Below, piece after piece: positions 33,839-44,125 of a stretch of DNA of 64,000 bases. A program made the position numbers and the translations under genes. Within the stretch, counting starts at the first letter, position 1; the number at the start of each line of letters is the position of its first letter. The DNA lies in NCBI GenBank assembly GCA_963771045.1, contig CAVYRW010000004.1, positions 928,001 to 992,000 on the forward strand, given 5' to 3'. Origin of the DNA: Waddliaceae bacterium (GTDB lineage Bacteria; Chlamydiota; Chlamydiia; Chlamydiales; SLFE01). The notes beneath the pieces were generated by a model. It searched no databases and was not told the origin of the DNA. It saw only the letters and a program-made list of their open reading frames with translations.

Positions 33839-34906
33839 ATGCTGCAGCCTTTTTTGGAACTATTTCTTTCTTCAGGGTCAATCATCAGTCTCGACCATGA
33901 ACGTTTGCTTATCGGATTCGGCGAAAGAGTATGGATGAAAGAGATAGAGGATGAGTCGAGGCCCGCTTTTTATTTTCCCGATTTTTTTTTGGAGACAAAT
34001 GCCCCTTGGTTTCAGCAGGAGTTTTGCTTTGAAGTGAGCGCAGCTTCTTTTTTGGAAGAGCTTTGCCATAGAGCCGACCACTCCTGTTCGCTGATGTGGA
34101 CGCCTCCTGACTGCAGCGTATTTCAATGGGGCTTTAATGATCTTAAAAAAAGATTTTCTCAAGGAATTTTATCCAAAGGGGTCCCTTACGTTTTTGAAAC
34201 GTCAAAAGATGCCGTTGGGTCTTCTCAGATTCATCATTTCCTTGTGAGTTTACTTCGCTTCGCTTTGATTCATCCTGTCTATTGTTATGGTTTTTGGGAG
34301 GATAGCGAAGGAATTCTCGGAGCCTCTCCCGAACTTTTATTTAAGATGGAGAAGAGCAAAATTCCTAAGTTGAAGACTGTCGCTTGCGCCGGGACTTTGG
34401 GGCGGCAGGAAACAAGAGAAGCTTTTAAAAACGATCCAAAAGAACTCGACGAGCATGCACAGGTGATTGAGGGAATTAGGGAGTCGCTAACGCCGTTTGG
34501 AAAGGTGAACGTCGGAAAGATGGAAACCCTTGATCTGGGTTCTCTGGTTCATTTATTGACGCCTATTGAGGTTGAATTAAATGGGCACTATGATTACGAA
34601 GCTGTTGTCAAAGCCCTGCATCCAACTCCCGCATTGGGAGCATTCCCCAGAAAGGAGGGTGGTGGGTGGCTTTTAGACTACTGCCAAAAAGCCAAAAGAG
34701 GACGCTATGGAGCTCCTGTCGGATTCGTCCGGGGAGGAGGCGATGAGGCAGGGTTTTATGTTGCAATACGAGGAATGCAGTGGAATAAGGAGGGAATTTC
34801 CATAGGGGCCGGTTGCGGCGTGGTTCCGCAAAGCGATTTTGAGAGGGAATGGGAGGAGGTTAGTCGAAAGATTCGGTCGGTCAAGGAGGTCTTTTCTCTT
34901 GTTTGA
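33839..34906 (+). CDS. menF: isochorismate synthase
   Basis: GASPELL, ACAGT, KELDEH, LHPTPALG, RGRYGAP, VAIR and AGCGVV. Confidence 0.85.
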   Translation: MLQPFLELFLSSGSIISLDHERLLIGFGERVWMKEIEDESRPAFYFPDFFLETNAPWFQQEFCFEVSAASFLEELCHRADHSCSLMWTPPDCSVFQWGFNDLKKRFSQGILSKGVPYVFETSKDAVGSSQIHHFLVSLLRFALIHPVYCYGFWEDSEGILGASPELLFKMEKSKIPKLKTVACAGTLGRQETREAFKNDPKELDEHAQVIEGIRESLTPFGKVNVGKMETLDLGSLVHLLTPIEVELNGHYDYEAVVKALHPTPALGAFPRKEGGGWLLDYCQKAKRGRYGAPVGFVRGGGDEAGFYVAIRGMQWNKEGISIGAGCGVVPQSDFEREWEEVSRKIRSVKEVFSLV

Positions 34907-36449
34907 ACAATGGCTGGGGCAAATTCTGCAGGAGATTGTTAAGCGAGGTGTGGAAGAGTTCTGTGTTTGCCCCGGCAAACGGAATGCGCCGTTGATCCAG
35001 GCTCTTGCCCAGTATCCTGAACTTGAGCAGCATCATTGGTATGAAGAGAGGTCGGCGGCTTTTTTTGCTTTGGGAAGGGCGAGGCGGACCGGCCGGCCTG
35101 TCGCTGTTGTGACCACAAGCGGAACCGCGGCTGGCGAGCTTCTTCCCGCCGCGATGGAAGCGCATTATTCGGGGGCTGCACTGCTATTAATAACGGCCGA
35201 CCGGCCGAGGAGATTTCGAGGATCCGGGGCTCCGCAATCGGCAAATCAAGTGGGAATTTACAGCAATTTTACCTCTTTCGAACAAGATTTGGAAGAGGGA
35301 GAGGCTTGCGGCTTGCAACACTGGAATAAAAGAGATCCTGCCCATCTCAACATTTGTTTCGAAGAACCAAAATCGACATTCGATTGCCGCCTTCCTCCAT
35401 TGAAGAGAGAAAGAGGCTGTTACGCAGCGCCTCTGCCTGTGGACCTGGAGTCTCTGCAGGAATTCCATTCTTTTCTGGAATCCGCCAAGCGCCCTCTTGT
35501 TGCTCTCGGAACGCTTGCCGAGGAGGCAAGACAACCCGTGTTGGATTTTCTGCTCAAATTACAAGCCCCTGTCTACTGTGAAGCGGTGTCGGGATTGAGA
35601 GAGCGGGAGGAGTTGGGAATTCTTAGGGTCCGGGATACTGAAGGATTGTGGGAGCAGCCGATTGATGCAATTTTGCGCATCGGTGGAGTGCCGACATTTC
35701 GCGGCTGGCGCGATTTAGAGGACATGCAAGGAAAAATAGCGGTATGTTCTGTAAGCGAAGCGCCCTTTTCGGGTTTGAGCTGGGGTTCGGCGATCCAGAC
35801 GTCCCTCAAGGATTTTTTCCCAAAAACTGCTGCGGGTAAAACTTTTAAGTGGAGTCCATGCTTTGCCGATCCTACGGAGCTATTTGCTAAGTATCCGAAA
35901 GCCGAGCCTTCCTTAATTCATGAACTTTCCAAAATCATTCCGAAAAACAGCAGAGTTTATCTCGGCAACAGCCTTCCCATAAGAGAATGGGATCTGGCAG
36001 CCGCAGGCAATGCGGCAAGCGATGTCTGGGCCAGTCGGGGACTGAACGGAATCGACGGACAGCTGTCTACATTTTTCGGTCTATGCGACCCTGAAAAGGA
36101 AAATTGGGCTATTGTGGGGGATCTGACAGCCCTCTATGATCTTTCAGCCCCGTGGATTTTATCCGAAATGAGAGATTACAGGGTGAAAATTGTTGTGGTG
36201 AACAATGGGGGAGGGATGATCTTCTCCCGGCTTAAAATGGGAGAGAAGTTTCTCCATAGGCACAGCTATGACTTTTCCCATTTCGCTAAAATGTGGGGGC
36301 TGGGCTATGAGGCGTGGATGTCTGTCCCTAAAACCATTGATTGCCAGCGGCAAAGTTTGATTGAGCTTAAGCCCCATGAACAGGAAACGGAAAAATTTTG
36401 GAGGAGCTATCGAGATTTATGCGCTTCACGGCTTCTTGGGACGGCCTAG
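34899..36449 (+). CDS. menD: SEPHCHC synthase
   Basis: CPGKRNAPL, EERSAAFFALG, TTSGTA, ITADRP, NSLPIR, RGLNGIDG, GDLT..YD and NNGGG; TTG start with SD AAGGAGGT. Confidence 0.92.
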   Translation: MFEQWLGQILQEIVKRGVEEFCVCPGKRNAPLIQALAQYPELEQHHWYEERSAAFFALGRARRTGRPVAVVTTSGTAAGELLPAAMEAHYSGAALLLITADRPRRFRGSGAPQSANQVGIYSNFTSFEQDLEEGEACGLQHWNKRDPAHLNICFEEPKSTFDCRLPPLKRERGCYAAPLPVDLESLQEFHSFLESAKRPLVALGTLAEEARQPVLDFLLKLQAPVYCEAVSGLREREELGILRVRDTEGLWEQPIDAILRIGGVPTFRGWRDLEDMQGKIAVCSVSEAPFSGLSWGSAIQTSLKDFFPKTAAGKTFKWSPCFADPTELFAKYPKAEPSLIHELSKIIPKNSRVYLGNSLPIREWDLAAAGNAASDVWASRGLNGIDGQLSTFFGLCDPEKENWAIVGDLTALYDLSAPWILSEMRDYRVKIVVVNNGGGMIFSRLKMGEKFLHRHSYDFSHFAKMWGLGYEAWMSVPKTIDCQRQSLIELKPHEQETEKFWRSYRDLCASRLLGTA

Positions 36450-37086
36450 CGACTGGTCGTTTTTACCTGAAGCTCATGCCCCCGATCTCTTTTCGGAAGA
36501 ATCGCTAGAGCATGAAAATTTTACCGAATGGGCGAAATGGTTCAACAGGAAAACAGACCACGTCTCACCGAAACTGCTGATCGGGTACTCGCTTGGAGGC
36601 CGGCTGGCGTTGCAGGCGCTTATCGATTGTCCGGAAATGTGGGACGGCGCTGTGATCATTTCTGCTCATCCCGGATTGCTTTCAGGTAAAAAAGAGAGGC
36701 TCGAAAACGACGCCTGCTGGGCAAAACGCTTTATGAACGACTCGTGGGACTGCCTCATGCAGGACTGGAATAGCCAGCCGGTTTTCAAAAATGAACAGCA
36801 TCATCCGGTTCGCCTGGAATCCGACTTTAAACGAAAGAGCTTGGCAAAAGCACTTAGGCAATGGTCGCTGGGCAGGCAGGAAAATTTGCGCGGGGGGCTG
36901 TCCGGACTCAATATCCCGCTGCTTTGGGTATGTGGAAAGCATGATCAAAAACCCGCCCCTCTTTTTCATCCAAAATCCAAAATTTGCATTGCGCCGCAAG
37001 GGGGACATCGATTAGTATGGACACATCAAGCATTGCTCAAAGTGGAAATTAAAAGGTTTAAGGAGTCATTATGCCGGCAGTATTGA
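36376..37086 (+). CDS. menH: SHCHC synthase (alpha/beta hydrolase); start uncertain
   Basis: LHGFLG, GYSLGGR and GGH; position in the men operon. Confidence 0.85.
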   Translation: MNRKRKNFGGAIEIYALHGFLGRPSDWSFLPEAHAPDLFSEESLEHENFTEWAKWFNRKTDHVSPKLLIGYSLGGRLALQALIDCPEMWDGAVIISAHPGLLSGKKERLENDACWAKRFMNDSWDCLMQDWNSQPVFKNEQHHPVRLESDFKRKSLAKALRQWSLGRQENLRGGLSGLNIPLLWVCGKHDQKPAPLFHPKSKICIAPQGGHRLVWTHQALLKVEIKRFKESLCRQY

Positions 37087-37901
37087 CAGAAGAATGGACT
37101 GAGGTCAAAACTTACGAAGATATCGAATTTCATCGCATGGGAGCGGTTGCGAAAATCACGATCAACCGTCCTGAGATTCACAACGCTTTTCGTCCTCTGA
37201 CTGTCGATGAAATGCAGGATGCATTTGCTAAGTGCCGCTACGACGATTCGATTGGCGTTGTTGTTCTCGCAGGAAAAGGAAGCCAGGCATTTTGCTCGGG
37301 AGGGGATCAAAGCATTCGCCAGCATGCCGGTTATGTTGACGGCGACGGCATGCCAAGGCTCAACGTGCTCGATTTGCAAAAGCAGATTCGAAATCTTCCT
37401 AAGCCTGTCATTGCGATGGTAGCCGGCTATGCCATCGGCGGGGGGCACGTCCTGCATGTCGTTTGCGATTTGACGATCGCCGCCGACAATGCGGTCTTCG
37501 GCCAGACCGGGCCGAAAGTCGGGTCGTTCGACGGGGGACTGGGAAGCAGCTATCTCGCCCGTATCATCGGCCAGAAGAAAGCGAGGGAGATATGGTTCTT
37601 GTGCCGGCAATATTCGGCCGCAGAAGCTCTTGAAATGGGCCTTGTCAATGTGGTTGTCCCTTTGGAGGATTTGGAAGGCGAAACGCTCAAATGGTGCGAT
37701 GAAATCCTTCAGCACTCTCCTATGGCTCTTCGCTGTTTAAAATCGGCAATGAACGCCGATTGTGATGGGCAGGCAGGGCTCATCGACCTGGCAGGCAATG
37801 CTACGCTGCTTTATTATATGAGCGAAGAGGCAAAAGAGGGGCATTCGGCCTTCAAAGAAAAGCGAAAACCCGATTTTTCAAAATTCAAACGGTATCCTTA
37901 A
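37071..37901 (+). CDS. menB: 1,4-dihydroxy-2-naphthoyl-CoA synthase
   Basis: [22 protein letters not shown] and [12 protein letters not shown]. Confidence 0.96.
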   Translation: MPAVLTEEWTEVKTYEDIEFHRMGAVAKITINRPEIHNAFRPLTVDEMQDAFAKCRYDDSIGVVVLAGKGSQAFCSGGDQSIRQHAGYVDGDGMPRLNVLDLQKQIRNLPKPVIAMVAGYAIGGGHVLHVVCDLTIAADNAVFGQTGPKVGSFDGGLGSSYLARIIGQKKAREIWFLCRQYSAAEALEMGLVNVVVPLEDLEGETLKWCDEILQHSPMALRCLKSAMNADCDGQAGLIDLAGNATLLYYMSEEAKEGHSAFKEKRKPDFSKFKRYP

Positions 37902-37904
37902 AAA

Positions 37905-38801
37905 ATGACCAAATATACAGGGAAGTTTCGTCACTGGATATTGGCTATTCGTCCTAAGACATTGACCGTGGCTTTTGTTTCTGTTTTGGCTGGGACCTCT
38001 TTAGCATGGTCTGTGGTCAGTGTAGATTGGCTGATTGCATTTTTGGCTCTCGTTTGTTCGCTTCTCATACAGGCGGGTGCCAATCTAATCAATGATGCTG
38101 CGGATTTCAAAACAGGGGCAGATACCGAAGAGCGGATTGGATTTCCTCGGGCGGCTCAAATGGGATGGCTATCCTATAAGCAAGTCTACTATGGCGGACT
38201 TGCGGCGTTTGGTCTGGCGTTTCTACTCGGCATCCCGCTTATCATTAAAGGAGGGGTTCTCATACTTTTTCTCCTAATTGTGTCAATCCTGTCTGGCTAC
38301 GGCTATTCGGCGGGCCCCTATCCACTTGCGTATCATGGTCTTGGCGAACTTTTTGTTATGATCTTTTTTGGTTATGTATGTACAACCGTTCCCTATTATT
38401 TGCAAACAGGGGTTATAGATGAAAAAATTCTTTTGGCCGCAACACAAATCGGTATTCTCTCGACACTTCTCATAGCCATTAACAATACAAGGGATATTGA
38501 AGGGGATAAAAAAGCTAATAAAAAGACGCTTGCGGCAACTTATGGACTGAGGTTCGGAAAGCTTGAGATATCTTTCACCTTGCTCATTCCTTTTTTGCTC
38601 AACTTATTATGGGTGTTGATCAAATACCCGGTCGCAGCATTTCTACCCTTGAGCCTCCTACCTCTCGCATCAATCATTGCTCAGGGTATCTGGAAGTTTA
38701 ACCCCGGAAAAATTTATAACGGCTATTTTGTATTGTCAGCATTGTTGCATTTGGTTTTTGGCCTGCTGCTATCGCTGGGATTTATTCTTCAGGTGTTATG
38801 A
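37905..38801 (+). CDS. menA: DHNA polyprenyltransferase
   Basis: RPKTL, NLINDAADF, AYHGLGELFV and NNTRDIEGDKKANKKT. Confidence 0.93.
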   Translation: MTKYTGKFRHWILAIRPKTLTVAFVSVLAGTSLAWSVVSVDWLIAFLALVCSLLIQAGANLINDAADFKTGADTEERIGFPRAAQMGWLSYKQVYYGGLAAFGLAFLLGIPLIIKGGVLILFLLIVSILSGYGYSAGPYPLAYHGLGELFVMIFFGYVCTTVPYYLQTGVIDEKILLAATQIGILSTLLIAINNTRDIEGDKKANKKTLAATYGLRFGKLEISFTLLIPFLLNLLWVLIKYPVAAFLPLSLLPLASIIAQGIWKFNPGKIYNGYFVLSALLHLVFGLLLSLGFILQVL

Positions 38802-39730
38802 GGGAATGGCAGAATTCTGGCAGACCGTTTTTTGGTTCTTTCACCGATCTTTACCATCAAATCTTTTTCCATAACTATCGGCTTTCTAGAAGAAGCGGAG
38901 CTCTATTAAAAGTGATCTTTAGAGATGGTTTGACTGGCTATGGCGACTGCCATCCCTGGCCTGAGCTTGGTGACCTCCCTCTTAAAGAACAACTCAATTG
39001 TCTTGTCGATAATCGGACGACGAAACTCACGAAGCAGTCGTTAAAATTTGCACGAATAGACGCCGAAGGACGCGGCGAGAAAAAGAATTTGCTGCGATCG
39101 CTTAATGTGCCTAAAAGTCATTATCTTTTAATGAGTCTCGGTAAAAATTCGCAAAAAGAGCTTGAACAGGCTTTGAGCGAGGGATTCGAACATTTTAAGG
39201 TGAAATTAGGTGCAAATCTTGTAAAAGAGTTGAAGATTTTGAGTCCAATGCTAGAGACTCCTCGAACTCGCTGGCGTCTTGATTTTAACAATCAACTTAA
39301 GCAATTAACTTTATTGAAAAGTTTAGAAAACGATACAATTGAATTTGTCGAAGATCCCTTTCCTTATGATAAAAGGTGGTATGAATTTCCCTTCGCGATT
39401 GCCTTCGATCGCCAGGAAAATCCTCCAGAAAATGCTTATCAATACAAAATCGTCAAGCCTGCCATTGAGGCAATGATGGAGAGTTGCAAACCTCTTATTG
39501 TCACATCGTACTTGGGTCACCCACTCGGGCAGGCGGCAGACGCCTATGCCGCTGCAAACCTTGCAAAACAATGCGATGTTCGGGTTTGCGGGCTTTTGTC
39601 TCACAGAGTTTACCCTCGCAATTTGTTCAGCGAGCGGCTATCATGGCAGGGACCCGACTGGAAACATCCGGAAGGAACCGGTTTCGGTTTTGATGATTTG
39701 TTAGAGGGGATAAAATGGCATAAGTTATGA
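38798..39730 (+). CDS. menC: o-succinylbenzoate synthase
   Basis: enolase-superfamily KVK, RLDFN, EDP and FD motifs; position in the men operon. Confidence 0.8.
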   Translation: MREWQNSGRPFFGSFTDLYHQIFFHNYRLSRRSGALLKVIFRDGLTGYGDCHPWPELGDLPLKEQLNCLVDNRTTKLTKQSLKFARIDAEGRGEKKNLLRSLNVPKSHYLLMSLGKNSQKELEQALSEGFEHFKVKLGANLVKELKILSPMLETPRTRWRLDFNNQLKQLTLLKSLENDTIEFVEDPFPYDKRWYEFPFAIAFDRQENPPENAYQYKIVKPAIEAMMESCKPLIVTSYLGHPLGQAADAYAAANLAKQCDVRVCGLLSHRVYPRNLFSERLSWQGPDWKHPEGTGFGFDDLLEGIKWHKL

Positions 39731-40827
39731 CTTTTGAATGGAACAGCGATGATACATATGTCTTGATGAATCCTCGAATGCCAGGTAAGGATCTTTATAC
39801 TCACAAACTCCACGACATCGGGCTTAAAGGACATGTTTGGCTGGCTACCTCGGGGACTACCTCTATCAAATGGGTCGCTTTGTCTAAAGAGGCGATTCTC
39901 CACTCGGCACGGTCTGTTGGCGAGCACTTGGCTATGTCGCCTGAGGATATCTGGGTACACGTTCTTCCGGATTTTCATATCGGGGGGCTTGCAATTTGGG
40001 CCAGAACTTTTGTTATGGGCGCCAAAGTTATCGACTTCAAAACCCAATCGAAATGGGATCCCAGCGCTTTTCGCGATTGTCTGGCATCGTCGAACGGCAC
40101 ACTTACATCTCTTGTTCCGGCTCAACTCTACGACCTGGTCTGTCTTCAGCTCGAGGCGCCTCCGGCTTTACGCGTCGTCCTTATCGGGGGAGGGAGGCTT
40201 GACTCCTCTCTTTACTCCAAGGCTATGAATCTTGGATGGAAATGCTTGCCGACTTATGGGATGACTGAAACAGCTTCGCAGGTAGCGACCGCAAAGCCGG
40301 AGAGCAAGGCGGACTTGGAGCTTTTGCCGCATGTGAAAGCAAAAATTGATGACGATGGATTAGTTTGTATAAAATCACCATGCCTCCTGACATGTTATGC
40401 AGAAGTCGGCATCAAAACGGTTATCACCGATCCTAAAAAAAATGGTTGGTTTTGCACTGATGACGTAGGATCAATTAAAGACAAAATAATCAGAGTGATG
40501 GGGCGCAAGTCCGATTTTCTCAAAATCGGTGGTGAAAGTGTTTCTCTCACTCTTCTTGAAAGTCTGTTTGAAACTCTCAAACTTGAATATGGCGTCACAG
40601 AAGATATGGCATTAGTGGCGTTTCCCGATGAGAGGCTCGGTCATGTGATTCACCTGGCCACTACGCACGAATCTCTCAGGCTTTTAACCCTTGTCGAGGA
40701 ATTTCAAAAGAGGGTGCATCCTTTTGAGAGGATTAGGCAAATTCACCGGGTAGCGAAGATTCCAAGAGGACCGTTGAACAAGCTCATCAAGCGCGATTTG
40801 GTTACTTTGATTTCTGCGCCGATATAA
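39727..40827 (+). CDS. menE: o-succinylbenzoate-CoA ligase
   Basis: TSGTT, SLVPAQL, TYGMTETASQ, TDD.G and GRK...KIGGE. Confidence 0.88.
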   Translation: MTFEWNSDDTYVLMNPRMPGKDLYTHKLHDIGLKGHVWLATSGTTSIKWVALSKEAILHSARSVGEHLAMSPEDIWVHVLPDFHIGGLAIWARTFVMGAKVIDFKTQSKWDPSAFRDCLASSNGTLTSLVPAQLYDLVCLQLEAPPALRVVLIGGGRLDSSLYSKAMNLGWKCLPTYGMTETASQVATAKPESKADLELLPHVKAKIDDDGLVCIKSPCLLTCYAEVGIKTVITDPKKNGWFCTDDVGSIKDKIIRVMGRKSDFLKIGGESVSLTLLESLFETLKLEYGVTEDMALVAFPDERLGHVIHLATTHESLRLLTLVEEFQKRVHPFERIRQIHRVAKIPRGPLNKLIKRDLVTLISAPI

Positions 40828-41536
40828 GTGTAGCGATTCCCCCGAAAAGAGGCTTGATTGTCACATGTGTAAAGCCGGTTTTGACTAGATCGTCTGCTAC
40901 GCTGCCTGGCGAAACGAACTCATGAATGCTGTTGCACAGGTATTTGTAGGCTTCTTTATTGGATGTGGCGAGTTTGCCGAGAAGAGGAAGAGCGGTATTG
41001 AGATAAACATGGTGGCCAAAACGAAGAAATCTGTTTTGCGGTCTGGTGAGTTCAAGAATCCCGAAATGACCTCCGGGTTTTAGAATCCTTAAAGTTTCCT
41101 GAAAACATAGGAAAGGATTTTTGATATTACGTATGCCATAGGCTGCAGTTGCGGCATCGATGACATTACTTTCTAGGGGAATCGACTGAGCGTCGGCCTC
41201 AAGATAGTGAATATCGTGGTGATCGATTTTTAGGTTTCGTGCTTTTTCTTGAGCGCAAGAGAGCATTCCCTCGGAAAAATCGAGCATATAAGCGGTAATG
41301 GGATCTTTTTGACGTCGGAGATAAGGAAAAGCAATATCTCCTGTTCCACAGCAAAGATCCAAAATTGTTTTTGGCTTGTTAGCTGAATAAATATTTCGGA
41401 TCAGTGCGCGATTCCACAATCGGTAGGTTTGAAACGAAAGAATGGCGTTGCCCTTTTCGTAATTAACAGCAATATCATTGAACAGCGCCTTGATAGACTC
41501 AGGATTTTGTTTACCATAGGGGAGGGGGCTATTCAT
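40802..41536 (-). CDS. ubiE: demethylmenaquinone methyltransferase (UbiE/MenG)
   Basis: LDLCCGTGD, DFSEGML, YGIRN, RILKPGG and YKYLCNSI; start taken at MNSPL. Confidence 0.92.
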   Translation of the reverse strand: MNSPLPYGKQNPESIKALFNDIAVNYEKGNAILSFQTYRLWNRALIRNIYSANKPKTILDLCCGTGDIAFPYLRRQKDPITAYMLDFSEGMLSCAQEKARNLKIDHHDIHYLEADAQSIPLESNVIDAATAAYGIRNIKNPFLCFQETLRILKPGGHFGILELTRPQNRFLRFGHHVYLNTALPLLGKLATSNKEAYKYLCNSIHEFVSPGSVADDLVKTGFTHVTIKPLFGGIATLISAQKSK

Positions 41537-41753
41537 CTTCAGGCTCTTTCTCTTTTTTTTCTTCTGTTTTTTTGCAGATTTCACAACTGATCTCTCGACC
41601 GCAACGCTCATCGCGGGCTTTATTGGGGTCCATTCCGCATGCTCCCCGAATGATACGCGCCTTGCCGGTGATCAGAAAGCCGATTCCAAGAAGCGTGCAC
41701 GCGACTATAATCACCCCAAAAGCCAGTAAAACTGTGATGACAATAGGATCCAT
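41529..41753 (-). CDS. small membrane protein, NqrM/DUF539-like
   Basis: single TM helix followed by IRGACG...C...CEIC and a charged tail. Confidence 0.6.
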   Translation of the reverse strand: MDPIVITVLLAFGVIIVACTLLGIGFLITGKARIIRGACGMDPNKARDERCGREISCEICKKTEEKKEKEPEDE

Positions 41754-41785
41754 AGTGACCTCATTCACATATTATAACACTTTTT

Positions 41786-44125
41786 CTAATCATAGTCTAC
41801 CCGGCAATGCGGGGTTAAGGGGGTAGCCTGGCAGGTAAGAATTTTACCCATTTCCGCTTCGCTGTCGCTAAGTGCCTGATGCTTATTCATAACAATTTTT
41901 CCCGAGTCAAGCTGGGCTATACAGGTGCTGCAAATGCCTTCTCTGCAGGAAAATGGAGGATTGAGATTTTCCCGGATAGCGGCATCGAGGATGCTTTCGC
42001 CGGCATGGCAGCTAATTTGGGTTTCGCGGCCATCAATTTTCACAGTAATAGCTTTTGTTTCCGTATTTTCTGCTTCCTTTCCCTCGCCGACAATTAATGG
42101 CTCGGCAGCAGCAGCTCCATGAACTTCCTCAAATGGCTCTGCAAGGGAAGTAAATGTTTCCACATGGATATTTTTCTCGGAGATGTTTTTCTTCTTGAGT
42201 GTCTCTTTTACCAAGGAAAGCAGCCCTTGGGGGCCGCAGAGATAATACTCGGCATTGGGCGGACATGTATCTAAAATTTCATTGACTTTTTCGGCATCCA
42301 GCCGCCCGATAACATTTTTTCTGGAAGAGTTGTTGACAGATAGGCTGTGGATGACTGCAAATTTTTGACTGAATGCCTCTTGCAGCTTTTCCAGGTCATT
42401 GCCAAAAATGATCGAGCTGCTGTCGTGATTGGCAAATATGAGTTTGACCTGTTCGACATAAGGCTTTTTGAGCAGTGTGCGGATGAGGGACATAATCGGC
42501 GTGATGCCGCTGCCGCCAGCGAACATTACATGATGAGCAGCATCCGGTTTTGCGATAAATTGTCCGGCAGGGGGAAGAACCAGAACTTCATCGTTTTCCT
42601 TGAGTTGATCGATCAGATCATTGGAAATGAGTCCATTTTTGATTCTTTTTACGGTGATTCTGAGGTGTTTATCTTCTCCGGGATCGCTGGACAGGGAATA
42701 GCAGCGTTTATGCAATTGTCCATCATCTAGCAAGCGAAGCGTGATAAACTGGCCGGGTTTGTAGCTGAATTCGTGCTTCAAATGATGTGGGATTTCGAAA
42801 TAAAAGGAGGCGGCCTCTTGAGTTTCTTCAAGAACTTTAGCTACTTTTAACATATAGTAGCGGTGTAATTTGCCATAATCAGACTGATATTGAAACGATG
42901 AGCAGTCCACATCCAGTTTTTGCGTCCCCATGGCCATCATCTTCATAATTTTCGGAGTAACATATTTTTGGACAAAGGGAAAAATCAAACCTCTGATTTT
43001 TTCAAGAATGGGATTGTGAATGCTAAAAATAGCTTTTCCAAGAAGCCTTTGCATACGGAATATTTTTTTTGCTTCCGTTTTTCTTTTTGTGACAAATTCT
43101 TTAAGGTGATAGCTTCTGACAATGCCGTGATGGCTTTTTAATGTTTGTACGATCAAGGGATGAGCACAAACAGCATCCTGAATGGCTAGCTTGTTGCCTT
43201 GAGCGCCGATAGGCGATGCGATATGAGCGGCATCGCCAATTAGAAGCAGCCCGTCTTTAGCCCATTGCTTGGCAATGGCAATTTTAACATCGAGGTAAGA
43301 GCATTGATCGAAGCTTAAAAGCACTTGCGGCAGTATGTCCTTAAGAATCGGCTTTGTCTCAATGAGGCGTTTGCAGAACGCATCGATTCCTCCTTGTTTA
43401 AGCTCGGGATACTCTCCTTTCGGCAGAATCCAACCGACTCGGATATGTCCTTTTTCTTGAGGGATAAAAACAACCATTCCATGCTGTGAGATCTCAAGGC
43501 CGAGTTGATATTTTTCCGCTTGGGATATCGGGAGATCAAACCAGACAACATCAAATTGATCTTTTGATTTGTGAAGTTCAATTCCGGCAGCGCTGCGAAG
43601 GGTCGAGAATCGCCCGTCGGCTGCGACAACAAGCCTGCTGCTGATCATCTGTTCTTCATTGTCAATTTGAACTTTCACGCCCGACACCATTCCGTTGTCA
43701 AAAGCAAGATCTGCAGCTGGGGTATTGCCAAGAAAGGTAAGGTTGGGAAATTCCGAAGCAAGTTGTATGATTTTTCTTAAAAACGGTCCTTGCTGCATGG
43801 CGAGGGCATAGTTATAAGGTTTGTCCAGTATATTCAAACCAAGCGTTATAAGAGGCTTTTCGTTGTCGGTGATTTTAAACTCATACATTTTGGAATGATC
43901 GACCAATAAAATCTCATCCAAGATACCCATCTGGTCGAAATATTTGACAATAGACGGCTGATAGGCCGGACCTCTGAATTCTCTTTTAAATGATGTGTCG
44001 CGTTCAATCAGGAGAACATCGATTCCGCTCCTTCCCAAAAGATAGCTGAGAACAGCTCCTGCAGGCCCGGCCCCGACAACAATAACGTCGTATTGGGGTT
44101 TTGATGAGGAGCTTTTTTTATTCAT
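41786..44125 (-). CDS. FAD-dependent monooxygenase fused to an FNR-type reductase and a 2Fe-2S ferredoxin
   Basis: GAGPAG, AADGRFS and IGDAAHIASPIGAQG; then PGQF, RCYSLSS, AGGSGITP, YLCGP; then CREGICSTC...C. Confidence 0.88.
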   Translation of the reverse strand: MNKKSSSSKPQYDVIVVGAGPAGAVLSYLLGRSGIDVLLIERDTSFKREFRGPAYQPSIVKYFDQMGILDEILLVDHSKMYEFKITDNEKPLITLGLNILDKPYNYALAMQQGPFLRKIIQLASEFPNLTFLGNTPAADLAFDNGMVSGVKVQIDNEEQMISSRLVVAADGRFSTLRSAAGIELHKSKDQFDVVWFDLPISQAEKYQLGLEISQHGMVVFIPQEKGHIRVGWILPKGEYPELKQGGIDAFCKRLIETKPILKDILPQVLLSFDQCSYLDVKIAIAKQWAKDGLLLIGDAAHIASPIGAQGNKLAIQDAVCAHPLIVQTLKSHHGIVRSYHLKEFVTKRKTEAKKIFRMQRLLGKAIFSIHNPILEKIRGLIFPFVQKYVTPKIMKMMAMGTQKLDVDCSSFQYQSDYGKLHRYYMLKVAKVLEETQEAASFYFEIPHHLKHEFSYKPGQFITLRLLDDGQLHKRCYSLSSDPGEDKHLRITVKRIKNGLISNDLIDQLKENDEVLVLPPAGQFIAKPDAAHHVMFAGGSGITPIMSLIRTLLKKPYVEQVKLIFANHDSSSIIFGNDLEKLQEAFSQKFAVIHSLSVNNSSRKNVIGRLDAEKVNEILDTCPPNAEYYLCGPQGLLSLVKETLKKKNISEKNIHVETFTSLAEPFEEVHGAAAAEPLIVGEGKEAENTETKAITVKIDGRETQISCHAGESILDAAIRENLNPPFSCREGICSTCIAQLDSGKIVMNKHQALSDSEAEMGKILTCQATPLTPHCRVDYD

